Under the pieces are notes generated by a model. That model was not told where the DNA came from and did not search any database. It saw only the letters and a list, made by a program, of their open reading frames with translations. A program made the translations under genes and the position numbers. Below, one piece after another: positions 20,012 through 29,899 of a stretch of DNA of 64,000 bases. The DNA is from an uncultured Verrucomicrobiae bacterium (GTDB taxonomy: Bacteria; Verrucomicrobiota; Verrucomicrobiia; Chthoniobacterales; Chthoniobacteraceae): assembly GCA_963769025.1 (NCBI GenBank), contig CAVYKI010000006.1, positions 256,001 through 320,000 of the forward strand, read 5' to 3'. Position 1 is the stretch's first letter. Each line of letters begins with the position of its first letter.

Positions 20012-20962
20012 ATGCCCACCTTCATCCTCCGCCGCATCCTTGCGCTCGTGTTCGTCCTGCTCGTCGCGGTGACGGTCACCTTCTGCCTGCTGCGCATGGC
20101 GCCCGGAAATCCATTCGCGCTCGGCGAAAGGCAGTCCTCGCCCGAGACCATCGCCGCGCAGGAGCGAAAGTTTGATCTCGACGGACCCGTGTGGTCGCAG
20201 TGCCTCCGCTACCTCGGAATCACGAAGGGAAACAGCGGTCACCGCAGCGGACTGCTGCAGGGCGATCTGAAGCCGTGCCTCAAGTTCAAGGATCGCACGG
20301 TAGCCGAACTCATTTCGCAGGCGCTGCCGGTCTCCGCGATTCTCGGTGCCTCCGCGCTGCTCCTTGCCACGACCCTCGGCGTGGCGCTCGGCAGTATCGC
20401 CGCGCTGCGCAAGCACACGTGGATCGATGCCACGACGATGCTTGCCGCGCTCGCGGCGATCTCGGTGCCGACCTTTGTCACCGGACCCGCGCTGGTGCTC
20501 GTATTCTCGCTCTGGCTCGGCTGGCTGCCCGTCGGCGGATGGACGGGAATTTCCAGCCTGGTCCTGCCGGCGATCACGCTCGCGGGGCCATTCATCGCCT
20601 ACATCGCGCGGCTCACGCGCACGAGCATGCTGGAGGTGCTGAATCAGGATTTCGTTCGCACCGCGCACGCGAAAGGCCTCAGCGAAAGGCGCGTGCTCTG
20701 CAAGCACGTGCTGAAGGTCGGCATCCTGCCCGTCGTGAGCTTTCTCGGCCCGCTCGCTGCGAATCTGCTCACGGGATCGCTCGTCATCGAGTCGGTGTTC
20801 AGCCTTCCGGGCATGGGCGGCTTTTTCGTGAACTCCGTGCTCAACCGCGATGTCTTCCTCTGCTGCGGCAGCGTCACCGTTTACTGTACGCTGCTCGTCG
20901 GGATGAACCTCATCGTGGACATCACCTACAAGTGGCTCGACCCTCGCATCCGCCTCGAATGA
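20012..20962 (+). CDS. oppB: oligopeptide ABC transporter permease
   Basis: APGNPF, RLTRTSMLEVLNQDFVRTAHAKGL (EAA loop), IESVFSLPGMG, LDPRIR. Confidence 0.9.
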   Translation: MPTFILRRILALVFVLLVAVTVTFCLLRMAPGNPFALGERQSSPETIAAQERKFDLDGPVWSQCLRYLGITKGNSGHRSGLLQGDLKPCLKFKDRTVAELISQALPVSAILGASALLLATTLGVALGSIAALRKHTWIDATTMLAALAAISVPTFVTGPALVLVFSLWLGWLPVGGWTGISSLVLPAITLAGPFIAYIARLTRTSMLEVLNQDFVRTAHAKGLSERRVLCKHVLKVGILPVVSFLGPLAANLLTGSLVIESVFSLPGMGGFFVNSVLNRDVFLCCGSVTVYCTLLVGMNLIVDITYKWLDPRIRLE

Positions 20963-20967
20963 ACCGG

Positions 20968-21053
20968 GGAATCGAAATCGGAAGATGGAAGTTGGAAGAT
21001 GGCGTGCACCGCGTCGGCGGCTGGGATTTTTCCGTTTTCCATTTTCCGTTTCC
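20968..21053. repeat. imperfect inverted heptamer arrays between oppB and oppC
   Basis: GGAAGAT GGAAGTT GGAAGAT ... TTTTCCG TTTTCCA TTTTCCG. Confidence 0.65.
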
Positions 21054-21080
21054 CCACCCCACCGCCCGCGCGCACCAGAG

Positions 21081-22064
21081 ATGAGTGAGCCAATTTCCAT
21101 TCCCACGGCCCAGCCGCCCGGCGCATGGCGGCGACTCGTGCGCAACCGTGTCGCCGTGGTCGCGATGCTCATCCTCGGCGGCATCGTGTTCGTCGCAGTG
21201 TTTGGCCCGTCCATTTTTCCCTACAGTCCGGAGAAAGTGACGCCGCACTCGCTGCATCCGCCATCGTGGCTCCCGCGCGATGCCGGGCAGGCGACGATGG
21301 ACATCGAGCGTGGAGGGGCGGTCGGCAAATGGCAGCATCCCTTCGGCACCGACATGAACGGGCGCGACGTTTTTTCGCGTGTGATCCAAGGTGCCCGCGT
21401 CTCGCTCATCGTCGGGCTTTGCGGCGCGCTGGTCAGTTTCTTCATCGGCACCGCGTACGGTCTCGTCTCCGGCTACGTCGGCGGCCGGACGGATAACGTG
21501 ATGATGCGCTTCATCGAGATGCTCCACAGTGTCCCGCGCCTCATCATCGTCATCGTCGCGATCTTCACCTTCGCGCCGTGGCTCGAAGGCTGGCTGCACC
21601 GCGTGCTCCCGAGCGTCGAGGGCTACGCAAAAATCATCATCCTCATCCTTTGCCTCGGCCTCATCGAATGGCTGGCGATGGCGCGCATCGTCCGCGGGCA
21701 GGTGCTCGCGCTGAAGGAGCAGCAGTTCGTGCTCGCGGCGCGTGCGCTCGGCCAGTCGCACACGCGCATCCTGCTGCGGCATCTGCTTCCGAATCTCATC
21801 GGCGTGATCGTCGTCTATCTCACACTCACGATCCCTGCGGTGATTCTCGACGAGTCATTCCTCAGCTTCCTCGGACTTGGCATTAACGATCCGCAGGCGA
21901 GCTGGGGCAGCCTGCTCAGCGACGGGAAGAATGTGATCAATCCGATCCGCAGCTATTGGTGGCTGCTGCTGTTCCCTGCCGCCGCGATGTCGCTCACGCT
22001 CGTCGCGCTGAATTTCCTCGGTGATGCGCTGCGGGATGCGCTCGATCCGCGGGCGCGAAGGTAG
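21081..22064 (+). CDS. oppC: oligopeptide ABC transporter permease
   Basis: HPFGTDMNGRD, ARIVRGQVL, ESFLSFLGLG, GDALRDALDP. Confidence 0.9.
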   Translation: MSEPISIPTAQPPGAWRRLVRNRVAVVAMLILGGIVFVAVFGPSIFPYSPEKVTPHSLHPPSWLPRDAGQATMDIERGGAVGKWQHPFGTDMNGRDVFSRVIQGARVSLIVGLCGALVSFFIGTAYGLVSGYVGGRTDNVMMRFIEMLHSVPRLIIVIVAIFTFAPWLEGWLHRVLPSVEGYAKIIILILCLGLIEWLAMARIVRGQVLALKEQQFVLAARALGQSHTRILLRHLLPNLIGVIVVYLTLTIPAVILDESFLSFLGLGINDPQASWGSLLSDGKNVINPIRSYWWLLLFPAAAMSLTLVALNFLGDALRDALDPRARR

Positions 22065-22131
22065 AGCAGCCTGCAGGGCGGAGGGATTGCACTGAGCGGT
22101 GCGGGAATTGCCGCCCCCTGTCGAACAACCG

Positions 22132-23088
22132 CTAGAACTGGATCCCGATCGTCGCCGAGACGCGATAGTCCGGAACGGCTTGGACGCCGCTGTTTTCAGT
22201 GAGCACGGGGAAGCCGACGCTCACGTCAGCATGGTAGCGCTTGCGCCATGTCGCCGAGACCTTCGGCCCGAGATAGACGATCGTCGCCGAGGTATCCGTC
22301 GCGGTCGTGCCGAGAAAAACATCCTGTCCCTTGCTCGCTCCGGTGCACTCCGCCGCGAGGGCGAGCGTGAAGTCCTTTTGATCCACGAGCACGCCGCCCA
22401 GCGAGCCGTGCCAGCTCATCTCGTCGGCATAGCGATATCCGTTTGCGCCCTTCATTCGCGCGACGCCCTCGATTCCCATCGTGGCGAACAGGCGCTTCCA
22501 CTGCATGCGGACTTCTGCGCCAAAGATGCCGCCCACGCTGCCCGTGCCGAGCGCGAGGTCATGGCCGTGGATGCCGCTCGCGACCGTCTCGCCGGCACCT
22601 TCGCCCTCTTCACCGGCTTCTTCGAGCACGCGATCGTTGTCACCGGTCGGCAGGCTGAGCCCAACGAAGAACCGCGCGGTCAGCATGAAGTCCGAGCGTT
22701 CGATATGGATCGGTGCCCAGTGTGCGAGGAACGAGACGTCGCCGGCGCCCGACACGCTGCCTTTGCCGAGCACGCCATCGTGCCAGCGCTGGAACGAGCG
22801 ATAGACCATGGGCACGTTGAGTTGCACGCCGAGCGCGCGGGAGAAGTCGTAGCCGATGATGAACTGGGTGATGCTGCTGTCGAGGTACTCGCCCGCAGGA
22901 TTCGCGATGGTGCGGCCGTCCTGATGGAGCGTGCCGAAATGCGTGAACTGCTCGCTGACCCCTGCATTCCAGCCACGGCGGTCGTCGCTTCCGAGCGACG
23001 GGAGCTCGGAAGCGCAGAAATCGCAGGCGGCGAGGCGGCCCGCGAGAAGCGCCGTGGTGATGGTGACGAGGATTGCTTTGTTCTTCAT
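22132..23088 (-). CDS. putative outer-membrane beta-barrel (MetA-pathway 'transporter'-like)
   Basis: Signal peptide then CDFC; SGAGDVS and LSLPTG motifs; amphipathic strands; terminal Phe (IGIQF). Confidence 0.65.
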   Translation of the reverse strand: MKNKAILVTITTALLAGRLAACDFCASELPSLGSDDRRGWNAGVSEQFTHFGTLHQDGRTIANPAGEYLDSSITQFIIGYDFSRALGVQLNVPMVYRSFQRWHDGVLGKGSVSGAGDVSFLAHWAPIHIERSDFMLTARFFVGLSLPTGDNDRVLEEAGEEGEGAGETVASGIHGHDLALGTGSVGGIFGAEVRMQWKRLFATMGIEGVARMKGANGYRYADEMSWHGSLGGVLVDQKDFTLALAAECTGASKGQDVFLGTTATDTSATIVYLGPKVSATWRKRYHADVSVGFPVLTENSGVQAVPDYRVSATIGIQF

Positions 23089-23138
23089 GGAGGGAACGGC
23101 CACGGCACCAGTGGGAGCGGACGGAACGCGCGATCCGC

Positions 23139-24071
23139 TTACTTGGCCGGGGCGGGCTTTGGGGCCGCGGGCTTCCTCGGCTGCTTCGGATCGAGATTCG
23201 CCGCGAGTTCCTCGGCGGTGATTTTCGATGCGACACCGGCAGCCGGCACTTCGGCCTTCGCGGTCCACACGATCGCGTTCAGCACGAGCTTGCGCTGGTT
23301 GTCATCGCCCCAGCCTTTGTGAAAATGACCGCCCGTGAATCCAAAACCGCGCCCGCCATCCGCGCGCTCCACTGCCCAGGCGACGTGTTGCGGCACCTTG
23401 TTCTTCACTTCTTCGCGAACGGTCGGGTTGCCGCTGTGCGCGCCGTCCGGGCGGCTCGTCGTGCTTTCGGGCGCGATGGCGGTGAGAATGGGCGTCACGC
23501 CCTTCATCCCCTCACGGAAGCGCATGTGGAAATACCACTCGTCATTCGTGCTGAACGGCTGGAGGCCGCTGCTGATCGGGTGCTTCGGGAATTCCTTGAA
23601 ATCCGCCGTCCAATGCGGGTTCACGCTCCAGTTAATCTCAAACGCGCCGCCGAGCCATTCGATGAATTCCTTGTTGCCCTTCGGGATCGTGGGCTCGACC
23701 GCGTAGTGCAGGCACACAAAGCCGCAGCCGCGCTTCATTTCCTTGCCGAGCTGTTCGAGCCGGTCGTCCTTCAGCGCCGGATGCCCGCCGCCGCCGTCGG
23801 AATAAATCACCACGGTGTCCGCCTTCGCGAGTTCATCCGCCGAGGGCCATTCGCCATTCAGGTGAAATTTCACGTCCACCCGATCCGACGCGCCCTGTCC
23901 GAGGCACTTCGCGAGGAGCTGGATGCCCGCATTGTGCTCGTGCTCGCCAGGGCCGTGCGACGGCTTGCCGGCGATCATCAGTACATTTTTCTTCGCGCCT
24001 TCGGCGTGTGCGGAAATTGCGGAAGCGCCCATCGCGGCGCAGAGGAGAACGAGGAGAGGGAGTGGTTTCAT
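23139..24071 (-). CDS. secreted ThuA-like (trehalose utilisation) domain protein
   Basis: IAGKPSHGPGEHEH, GFVCLHYA, DEWYF, GRGFGFTGGHFH. Confidence 0.85.
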   Translation of the reverse strand: MKPLPLLVLLCAAMGASAISAHAEGAKKNVLMIAGKPSHGPGEHEHNAGIQLLAKCLGQGASDRVDVKFHLNGEWPSADELAKADTVVIYSDGGGGHPALKDDRLEQLGKEMKRGCGFVCLHYAVEPTIPKGNKEFIEWLGGAFEINWSVNPHWTADFKEFPKHPISSGLQPFSTNDEWYFHMRFREGMKGVTPILTAIAPESTTSRPDGAHSGNPTVREEVKNKVPQHVAWAVERADGGRGFGFTGGHFHKGWGDDNQRKLVLNAIVWTAKAEVPAAGVASKITAEELAANLDPKQPRKPAAPKPAPAK

Positions 24072-24273
24072 GGTGAGGGCTTGAAATAGGCGGAGATTCA
24101 AGCCGCGCGCGAGCAAGTTCTTGGAGTCCTTTCACGAAAGGCCCCGAGCTTTTGCCCGGCGGCTGACGCATCTGGGGGCAGGCAGTGTCACACCCGCAGT
24201 GCCGCGAATCCGGGGCGACCGCCGGGTCTCCGCCCCGCTGGGGGCATGCGGGAACTGGCGTGGCGTGGGAGAC

Positions 24274-24720
24274 TCAGCGCCGGCGCGGGAGCTTCGCGAC
24301 GGTGGTCCAGAAGTAGTCGATGGCTTGGACGACCTGGACCATTTCATCGAGGTCCGCAGGTTTGGTGACGAAGCAGTTCGCGCCGAGTTCGTAGGCGCGG
24401 GCGATATCGTCCTCGGACTCGGAACTGGTGAGGATGATGACCGGCAGGGACTTCAGCTCCCGGTCGCGGCGGATTTCGGCGAGGACCTCGCAGCCATTCT
24501 TTCTGGGCATGTTGATGTCCAGGAGGATGAGGTCGGGCATCTTTGCGTCGGCGTACTTGCCCGTGCGCCGGAGATAATCGAGCGCCTCCATGCCATCGTT
24601 CACGTTCGAGACGCGGTTGGTGAAATTTGCGCCCTTGAGGGCCTCTTTCGCGAGTACGACATCGCCGATGTTGTCGTCCACCAGCAGAATCTCGACAGTC
24701 CTTGTTTCCATTAATGTCAT
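24274..24720 (-). CDS. single-domain response regulator, Rcp1-like
   Basis: ILLVDDN, PDLILLDINMP, LTSS, GANCFVTKP, DYFW. Confidence 0.92.
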   Translation of the reverse strand: MTLMETRTVEILLVDDNIGDVVLAKEALKGANFTNRVSNVNDGMEALDYLRRTGKYADAKMPDLILLDINMPRKNGCEVLAEIRRDRELKSLPVIILTSSESEDDIARAYELGANCFVTKPADLDEMVQVVQAIDYFWTTVAKLPRRR

Positions 24721-24730
24721 GATGTCTCGG

Positions 24731-25837
24731 TTACCCGAAAACCGGTCCCTTATTATCGGGAATAGTAAAAAAGAATGTGGATCCGCGGCCCGGCTCAGAT
24801 TCTACCCAGATGCGGCCGCCGTGCCGCTCGATAATTTTTTTGCAAACCGCGAGGCCCATGCCCGTTCCCGGCAGGTCGTTTCCAGTCCGAAGGCGCTGGA
24901 AAATGCCGAAAATGCGATCGAAAAACTCGGAATCGATGCCGATCCCGTTATCGGTGACGGAAAACTGCCACTCGGCTTCACCCCGGGTGGCCGCCACGTG
25001 GATGCGGACGGGCTCGCTTCGCCGGAACTTGAGCGCGTTGGCGAGCATGTTTTGCAAAACTTGGGCAATCTGGACGCTGTCGGCCATCACGGTCGGCAGG
25101 GCGTCGCAGGTGACGGTGGCTTCGGCTTCGGCGACGGCGATCTGGAGGTCGGTCATTACGCCGCGGAAGACCTTTGCACAGTCGGTGCGCTCGGGGGAGC
25201 GGCCCCGGGTCTGCACACGTGACAGCGAAAGCAGGTCTTGGATGAGCAACTGCATCCGCTTGGCGCCATCCACGGCGAAACCGATGAACTTCTTCCCCTC
25301 GTCGTCCAAGGCGTCCGTGTAGCGCTTTTCGATGAGCTGGAGGAAGCTCGCGACCATCCGGAGCGGCTCCTGCAGGTCATGCGAGGCGATGTGTGCGAAC
25401 TGGGCGAGTTCCTCATTGGAGCGCGCCAGTTCGGTGGCGGTCGCCCTCAACGCATCCTCGGCCTGCTTTTGTTCGGTGATATCGCGCGCCGCCGCGTAGA
25501 TGCGGTTGGTCTGAAAGTCCGCATGAGCGCGCCAGAGCAGCCATTTGTACGACGTGTTGCTGCACCGGTAGCGGTTCTCAAACGAGATCGTCTCGTTCCC
25601 GGCGCGGAGCCGCGCGCCTTCCTCGAGGGTGCGGGCTCGGTCGTCCGGGTGGACGAATTCGATGTACGGGGCGGCGAGCAATTCCGCTGTCGTATGGCCG
25701 AGGGTCGCCTGCCAGGCCGGGTTGATCCGTTTGAAATGTCCGTCGAACCCCGCGATGCAGAGCATGATCGGCGAAAGTTCGAAAAACCGGCGGAGTTCGT
25801 CTTCAGCCTCGGCGGCCGGGCGCGGGAGGTCTTGCAT
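24731..25837 (-). CDS. PAS sensor histidine kinase (Cph1-class HisKA/HATPase)
   Basis: PAS (FVHPDD), H-box ASHDLQEPLR, NALKF, DNGIGI, GTGMGLA. Confidence 0.92.
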   Translation of the reverse strand: MQDLPRPAAEAEDELRRFFELSPIMLCIAGFDGHFKRINPAWQATLGHTTAELLAAPYIEFVHPDDRARTLEEGARLRAGNETISFENRYRCSNTSYKWLLWRAHADFQTNRIYAAARDITEQKQAEDALRATATELARSNEELAQFAHIASHDLQEPLRMVASFLQLIEKRYTDALDDEGKKFIGFAVDGAKRMQLLIQDLLSLSRVQTRGRSPERTDCAKVFRGVMTDLQIAVAEAEATVTCDALPTVMADSVQIAQVLQNMLANALKFRRSEPVRIHVAATRGEAEWQFSVTDNGIGIDSEFFDRIFGIFQRLRTGNDLPGTGMGLAVCKKIIERHGGRIWVESEPGRGSTFFFTIPDNKGPVFG

Positions 25838-25850
25838 TGCCGGTCGCGGC

Positions 25851-26219
25851 CTATCCGGGGCCCAGGTGTTTCACGATGCAATCGGCGACCTGGTCGCGGC
25901 TTACCGGCTTTGCAAGAAACTCGCAGCCGCCGATCTTGTCCCCGCCCTTCGTGTCACTGGTCGTGACGATGGCGGTGAGAAAGACGATCGGCACATGCTT
26001 GAGCGAGGGGTCCTCCTTCATCTGCGCGGCGATGGTGCCGCCGTCGGCCTCCGGCATGATCACATCGAGAAAAATCATGTCCGGCTTGAATTCCTTCGCG
26101 GTCTGCACGGCCTTGAGAGGATTGTTTTCCTCGCGGATGTCGTAGGCGGGGAGCGTGAGGCGGAGGAGGCGGGTGAAGCCGGATTCGTCGTCAACGAGAA
26201 GTATCTTTTTTTTGCTCAT
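25851..26219 (-). CDS. single-domain response regulator
   Basis: ILLVDDE, FLDVIMP, FLTA, LAKP. Confidence 0.9.
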   Translation of the reverse strand: MSKKKILLVDDESGFTRLLRLTLPAYDIREENNPLKAVQTAKEFKPDMIFLDVIMPEADGGTIAAQMKEDPSLKHVPIVFLTAIVTTSDTKGGDKIGGCEFLAKPVSRDQVADCIVKHLGPG

Positions 26220-28192
26220 GGTCGTTCATTGGGGCGGCCGTCGCCCGGTGTGCTGGCTTTGAGTGTCAATGTTACGGTTACACCACCATCGGGATTGTTT
26301 GCGATGCTTATTTTTCCACGGTGGAGGTCGATGATCTTGAGCGTGACCGAGAGGCCGAGGCCCGTGCCTTTGCCCGTGCTTTTGGTCGTATAGAACGGCT
26401 CGAAAATCTTCCCGAGCTTGTCGGGCGAAACGCCCGTCCCCGTATCCCGGATTTCCACCAAGAGTGCGGTCTCGCCACTGTGGAAGCGTATGCCGCTGCG
26501 GTCGCCTGTATTGTGCTCGGGAGTGTCCGCGGAGGTGATGGTCGTCTGCCGGGTGGTGACCGAGAGCGTGCCGCCCTTTGGCATCGCGTGGCAGGCATTG
26601 GTGAAGAGGTTCACGAGGACCTGCTCGATCTTCGTCGGGTCCACGAGCGCGTCCGGCAGGCCGGCAGCGAGGTTCGTGACGATCTTGATGCCGGCCTTCG
26701 TGAGATCGTGGCGGACGAAACGCAGCGACTGGTCGATGAGCGAATTGATCGAGCGGGCCTGCATTCCGAGTTCGCGAGGGGAGGAAAAGTCCAGGAGGTC
26801 CTGCACGACATCGTCTGCGCGCCGGACCGCGCCCTGCATGTCGGTGAGGACGGAACGGGTTTCCGGGTTTTGCGCGAGCGGCAAATCGTTCAGGTATTGC
26901 AGGCCGACGAGCATGACTTGCAGGGGATTCTTCACCTCGTGCGCGACGCCGGCCGCGAGCTGGCCGATGGAGTGCAGTTTTTCGAGATGCATGAGCTGGG
27001 TCTGCGCGGATTTCAGATCCTCGGCCGATTGCTTCTTCTCGGTGATGTCCGACATGAGCCCGTCGTAGGAGACGATGCGGCCTTTGTCGTCGTGACGCGG
27101 CACGTGCCTGTTGCGCACCCATCGGACTTCGCCGCTTTTGCGCACGATGCGATGCTCGATTTCAAATGCGGTGCCGGCCTGTGCCTCCCGCGTGACGCTG
27201 TTCAGCACCGCGGTGCGATCCTCGGTAAAGATGATCCGATGCCAGAGCCACGGGTCCGCCTGGAATTCTTCCGGCGAATAGCCCGTCACCGCGCGACACC
27301 CCGGGCCGTGCTGCGTCGAGACCGCCTGGCCGTTTTCGAAAACCACCGTGTAGGCATACTCCGAATAGGAATGAAGCAGCCGCATGTAGCGCTCCTCGCT
27401 GCTGCGGAGCGCGATTTCGGCCGTCTTGATTTCGGTGATGTCGCGCGACACGCCGAAGGTGCCGACTATGGCGCCGGAGTCGTCCCTCAGTGGCATCTTC
27501 GTCGTCAGTGCCCACGTCGTCCGGCCATCGGGGAAAGTCTCCTTTTCCATTTTTCCGATGATCGGGTCTCCGGTCCGCAATACTTCGTCCTCGTCAGCCT
27601 TCGCCTCGGTCGCATGTTCCGGCGAAAAGAAATCCGCGTCCGTCTTTCCGAGCACCTTCGCGGGATCGTCGAAGCCGTACAGATGCGCCAGCGCGGGGTT
27701 TACCTGGATGAATTGGCCCTCGCGGTTTTTGAAATAAATCCGGTCGGGAAGGTTATCGAGCAGCGCCTGGAGCCGTCGCCGCTGGTCGGAAAGTTCGCGC
27801 GCCGTCCGTGTGCGCTCGATGGCATAGCGGATCGTCCGGATGAGCATCGGCCCGTCCACCTGCCCTTTCACGATGTAGTCCTCCGCGCCGAGCTGCATCG
27901 CCTTCACGGCGAGGTCCTCGTCATCGATCCCGGTCTGCACGATGATCGGGACGCGTTCGATGTGTTGCCGGAGGCGGACCACCGCCTCGATGCCTCGCGC
28001 ATCGGGGAGCGTCAGATCCAGGAGCACCACATCGATGCCGCCCGCATCCAGGCGCTTCGCCGCTTCGGCGATCCGCGATGCGGTTTCCATGGAAATCCGG
28101 TGTCCCCTTTGCTCGGAAAGCATCACTTGGAGCAACGCAATATCCCCGGGATTGTCCTCAACGAGGAGGACTTTGGTGATTTCGCTGCTCAT
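26216..28192 (-). CDS. hybrid REC-PAS-PAS histidine kinase (NtrB-class)
   Basis: N-terminal receiver (LLDLTLPD), two PAS/PAC domains, AHEVKNPL, NACHAM, DTGTG, GTGLGL. Confidence 0.92.
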   Translation of the reverse strand: MSSEITKVLLVEDNPGDIALLQVMLSEQRGHRISMETASRIAEAAKRLDAGGIDVVLLDLTLPDARGIEAVVRLRQHIERVPIIVQTGIDDEDLAVKAMQLGAEDYIVKGQVDGPMLIRTIRYAIERTRTARELSDQRRRLQALLDNLPDRIYFKNREGQFIQVNPALAHLYGFDDPAKVLGKTDADFFSPEHATEAKADEDEVLRTGDPIIGKMEKETFPDGRTTWALTTKMPLRDDSGAIVGTFGVSRDITEIKTAEIALRSSEERYMRLLHSYSEYAYTVVFENGQAVSTQHGPGCRAVTGYSPEEFQADPWLWHRIIFTEDRTAVLNSVTREAQAGTAFEIEHRIVRKSGEVRWVRNRHVPRHDDKGRIVSYDGLMSDITEKKQSAEDLKSAQTQLMHLEKLHSIGQLAAGVAHEVKNPLQVMLVGLQYLNDLPLAQNPETRSVLTDMQGAVRRADDVVQDLLDFSSPRELGMQARSINSLIDQSLRFVRHDLTKAGIKIVTNLAAGLPDALVDPTKIEQVLVNLFTNACHAMPKGGTLSVTTRQTTITSADTPEHNTGDRSGIRFHSGETALLVEIRDTGTGVSPDKLGKIFEPFYTTKSTGKGTGLGLSVTLKIIDLHRGKISIANNPDGGVTVTLTLKASTPGDGRPNERP

Positions 28193-28413
28193 GCGAGCGA
28201 GGGGCTCTCAGTTGCCGGGAGGGACGTGGACTCGTGCACAGGTTCGTTGCTCGGGGAGAACATGCTCAACCCTTCGTTCGCCTCGTCGCAGTCTCCATGT
28301 TGCTTCAGATTCCGGCCAAGCTGAAATTCCGGACGCGTCCGGTCCGGGGCCGCCGGTGAACTTTGGTGCATGCCGTGTATGCCTCGCGGTCCTCGATACA
28401 CGGCGCGGGGGGC

Positions 28414-28710
28414 TCAAAAAACTTCGGCGTCGTCCGGCAGGCCGGAGTCGTGGCGGATGCTGTCGAGGCGCTTCCGTGCGCCACGTTCAGTCGAGGGGCC
28501 GCTGATGACTCGGCTGACCGCATCCACAATCGCCGGAAGTGCGAGCAGCGCACCGACGCCCAGCAGGGAAAAGGCGGTGGCCTTTTGCGCGCCGCGGCTC
28601 ATTTTACCGCCGAGCAGGAGCCCGAGGCCGCAGCCCACAGCGGTCTGCGTGACAGCGAGGAGGGAGGTGTGGAGGACGTCGGTTTGCTTGGCGGGTTCCA
28701 TGTGGGTCAT
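28414..28710 (-). CDS. hypothetical membrane protein
   Basis: 98-aa ORF with two hydrophobic segments and a typical high-GC codon pattern. Confidence 0.6.
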   Translation of the reverse strand: MTHMEPAKQTDVLHTSLLAVTQTAVGCGLGLLLGGKMSRGAQKATAFSLLGVGALLALPAIVDAVSRVISGPSTERGARKRLDSIRHDSGLPDDAEVF

Positions 28711-28822
28711 TCGGAAGATGCGGGTTTATACCGTCCTGTAAAGCACCGACTATTCCACGCGTGCGCGACTGTGAGGAAATCCCCTAGTGCAACGGTGCGT
28801 CTTCCGTTAAGAACCTGCCCCA

Positions 28823-29899
28823 ATGTCGTCATCTTCCCCCTACGTCCTGATCCTCGCCGGAGGCAGCGGCGAGCGTTTTTGGCCCCTGAGCCGCAAGGCC
28901 CGCCCGAAGCAACTCCTCTCGCTTTTTGGCGGCGACACTCTGCTGGAGGCCACGTTGCGCCGGCTCGACGGGCTCGTGCCCGCGAAGAACATCCTCATCC
29001 TCACCAATGCCGAACAGGAGGCAGGCGTGCGCGCTCTCGCGAAGGCCCTGCCTGCGGAAAATATCGTCGCCGAGCCGGCCAAGCGCGACACCGCGGCGGC
29101 GATCGCTCTCGGCGTCGGCTGGGTCGCGGCGCGCGACACGGAGGCGACGATGATCGTGCTCCCGGCGGATCACTTGATCAAAGACGCCGCGGGATTTCAA
29201 AAGACGCTCACCACCGCCGTCGCTGCGGCGCGGCAGAGCGGGGAACTCGTCACCATCGGCATCAAGCCCACGTGGGCGTGCCCCGGTTTCGGCTACGTCG
29301 AATGCGGCGGCGTGGTGACGCTCCGCGACGTGTCCGGCGGCCCGGCCGTGCATGAGGTCCGGTCATTCCGCGAAAAGCCCGATGTCGACCTCGCCGAGCA
29401 ATTCGTGCGGCAGGGGAACTTCCGCTGGAACGCCGGGATGTTCATCTGGACGATCCCCGCGATTCTCAGCGCGCTGCGCCGGCATGCGCCGGAACTCGGC
29501 AGCTTCGTCTCCCGCATTCACTCGGGCGAAAATTTTGCCGACTTGCTGCGCGACGAGTTCCCTAAGCTGCCGAAGATCTCGATCGATTACGCCGTGATGG
29601 AAAAGGCGGGGCGTGTGCTCATGGTCGAGAGCGCATTCGACTGGGACGACGTGGGCGGCTGGACCGCAGTCGCGAAGTATCTCGCGGATCAGGGCGACGG
29701 GAATGTCGGCAACAGCGGCGTGAGCGCGCTCGAAGCTTCGGACAACATCGTCTTTTCCACGCAGAAGCGCCACGTCGCGCTCCTCGGGGTCAGCGATCTC
29801 ATCGTCGTGGACACACCTGACGCGCTGCTCGTCTGCAGCCGGCATGAAGCGGAACGCATCAAGCAAATCGTCGGCAAGGTCCCGGAGGCACTGCAATGA
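28823..29899 (+). CDS. manC: mannose-1-phosphate guanylyltransferase
   Basis: ILAGGSGERFWPLSR..PKQ, EPAKRDT, FREKP, WNAGMF, ISIDYAVME, WDDVG. Confidence 0.93.
   Translation: MSSSSPYVLILAGGSGERFWPLSRKARPKQLLSLFGGDTLLEATLRRLDGLVPAKNILILTNAEQEAGVRALAKALPAENIVAEPAKRDTAAAIALGVGWVAARDTEATMIVLPADHLIKDAAGFQKTLTTAVAAARQSGELVTIGIKPTWACPGFGYVECGGVVTLRDVSGGPAVHEVRSFREKPDVDLAEQFVRQGNFRWNAGMFIWTIPAILSALRRHAPELGSFVSRIHSGENFADLLRDEFPKLPKISIDYAVMEKAGRVLMVESAFDWDDVGGWTAVAKYLADQGDGNVGNSGVSALEASDNIVFSTQKRHVALLGVSDLIVVDTPDALLVCSRHEAERIKQIVGKVPEALQ

Noticed and set aside
28189..28401. 70-aa ORF whose stop overlaps the hybrid kinase ATG
   Set aside because: Atypical composition; more likely promoter or leader sequence.
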